The position numbers and the translations under genes are program-made. A stretch of 32,000 nucleotides of DNA from Akkermansia muciniphila ATCC BAA-835 (GTDB lineage Bacteria > Verrucomicrobiota > Verrucomicrobiia > Verrucomicrobiales > Akkermansiaceae): the NCBI RefSeq assembly GCF_000020225.1, contig NC_010655.1, positions 210,001-242,000 on the forward strand, read 5' to 3'. Below, piece after piece: positions 31,880 through 32,000 of this stretch. The number at the start of each line of letters is the position of its first letter. Position 1 is the first letter of the stretch. The notes under the pieces are model-generated. The model saw only the letters and a program-made list of their open reading frames with translations. It ran no database searches and was not told the DNA's origin.

Positions 31880-32000
31880 ATGAGAGACGCCTTTTCCACC
31901 GCTCTGAAACTCCTGCTGGCCGTATTTCTGCTGGCCGTAGGCGTCGCCGCGCTGGATCTGCGCGTCATCCAGCCGTTCCGCACGCCGCCCTGCAACCCGG
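31880..32000 (+). CDS. 5' end of a membrane-protein ORF running off the window
   Basis: The ATG at 31880 is followed by MRDAFSTALKLLLAVFLLAVGVAALDL..., open to the window end. There is too little sequence to classify it. Confidence 0.3.
   Translation, partial: MRDAFSTALKLLLAVFLLAVGVAALDLRVIQPFRTPPCNP

Noticed and set aside
1-32000. CRISPR arrays, tRNA or rRNA genes, and prophage or integrase genes
   Set aside because: No regularly spaced short direct repeats were seen. No cloverleaf-like or rRNA-like non-coding stretches stood out, because the intergenic regions are short. No phage-type gene products were recognised.

Overview
This window looks like a chromosomal segment from a Verrucomicrobiota gut bacterium. 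Gene content and protein style resemble Akkermansia, but that is inference only, with no search run. Most of it is ordinary, densely packed coding sequence:
- a sodium:solute symporter
- a pair of S1C/PDZ protease-like genes
- a PBP1A, rmuC and a HAD phosphatase
- lpxA and a LolC/E-type permease
- a class A beta-lactamase
- two small DUF membrane proteins
- a GH95 fucosidase, an M28 peptidase and an alpha/beta-hydrolase
- ileS-lspA and a DUF1573 protein

The stand-out is 1696..9202. Two head-to-head copies of a very large gene sit here. One (minus strand, 1866..5765) is full length, with a GspK/PilX-like pseudopilin N-terminus. The other (plus strand, 6015..9032) lacks about the first 315 codons. 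The two copies are tied together by two nested sets of inverted repeats:
- Outer arms: 1,789 bp, apparently perfect (1696..3484 and 7414..9202). They cover the C-terminal ~560 codons plus 170 bp of 3' flank, including the terminator.
- Inner arms: 343 bp, imperfect (4477..4819 and 6034..6376).

Between the arm sets each copy carries a different, strongly diverged but homologous module of ~330-345 codons. The segment between the inner arms (4820..6033) holds the only recognisable N-terminus and the upstream AT-rich region. I read this as a candidate recombinational inversion switch, comparable to the Campylobacter fetus sap locus. It would swap which variable module is fused to the expressed 5' end. 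No site-specific recombinase is visible in the window. No rRNA, tRNA, CRISPR array or transposase was recognised.
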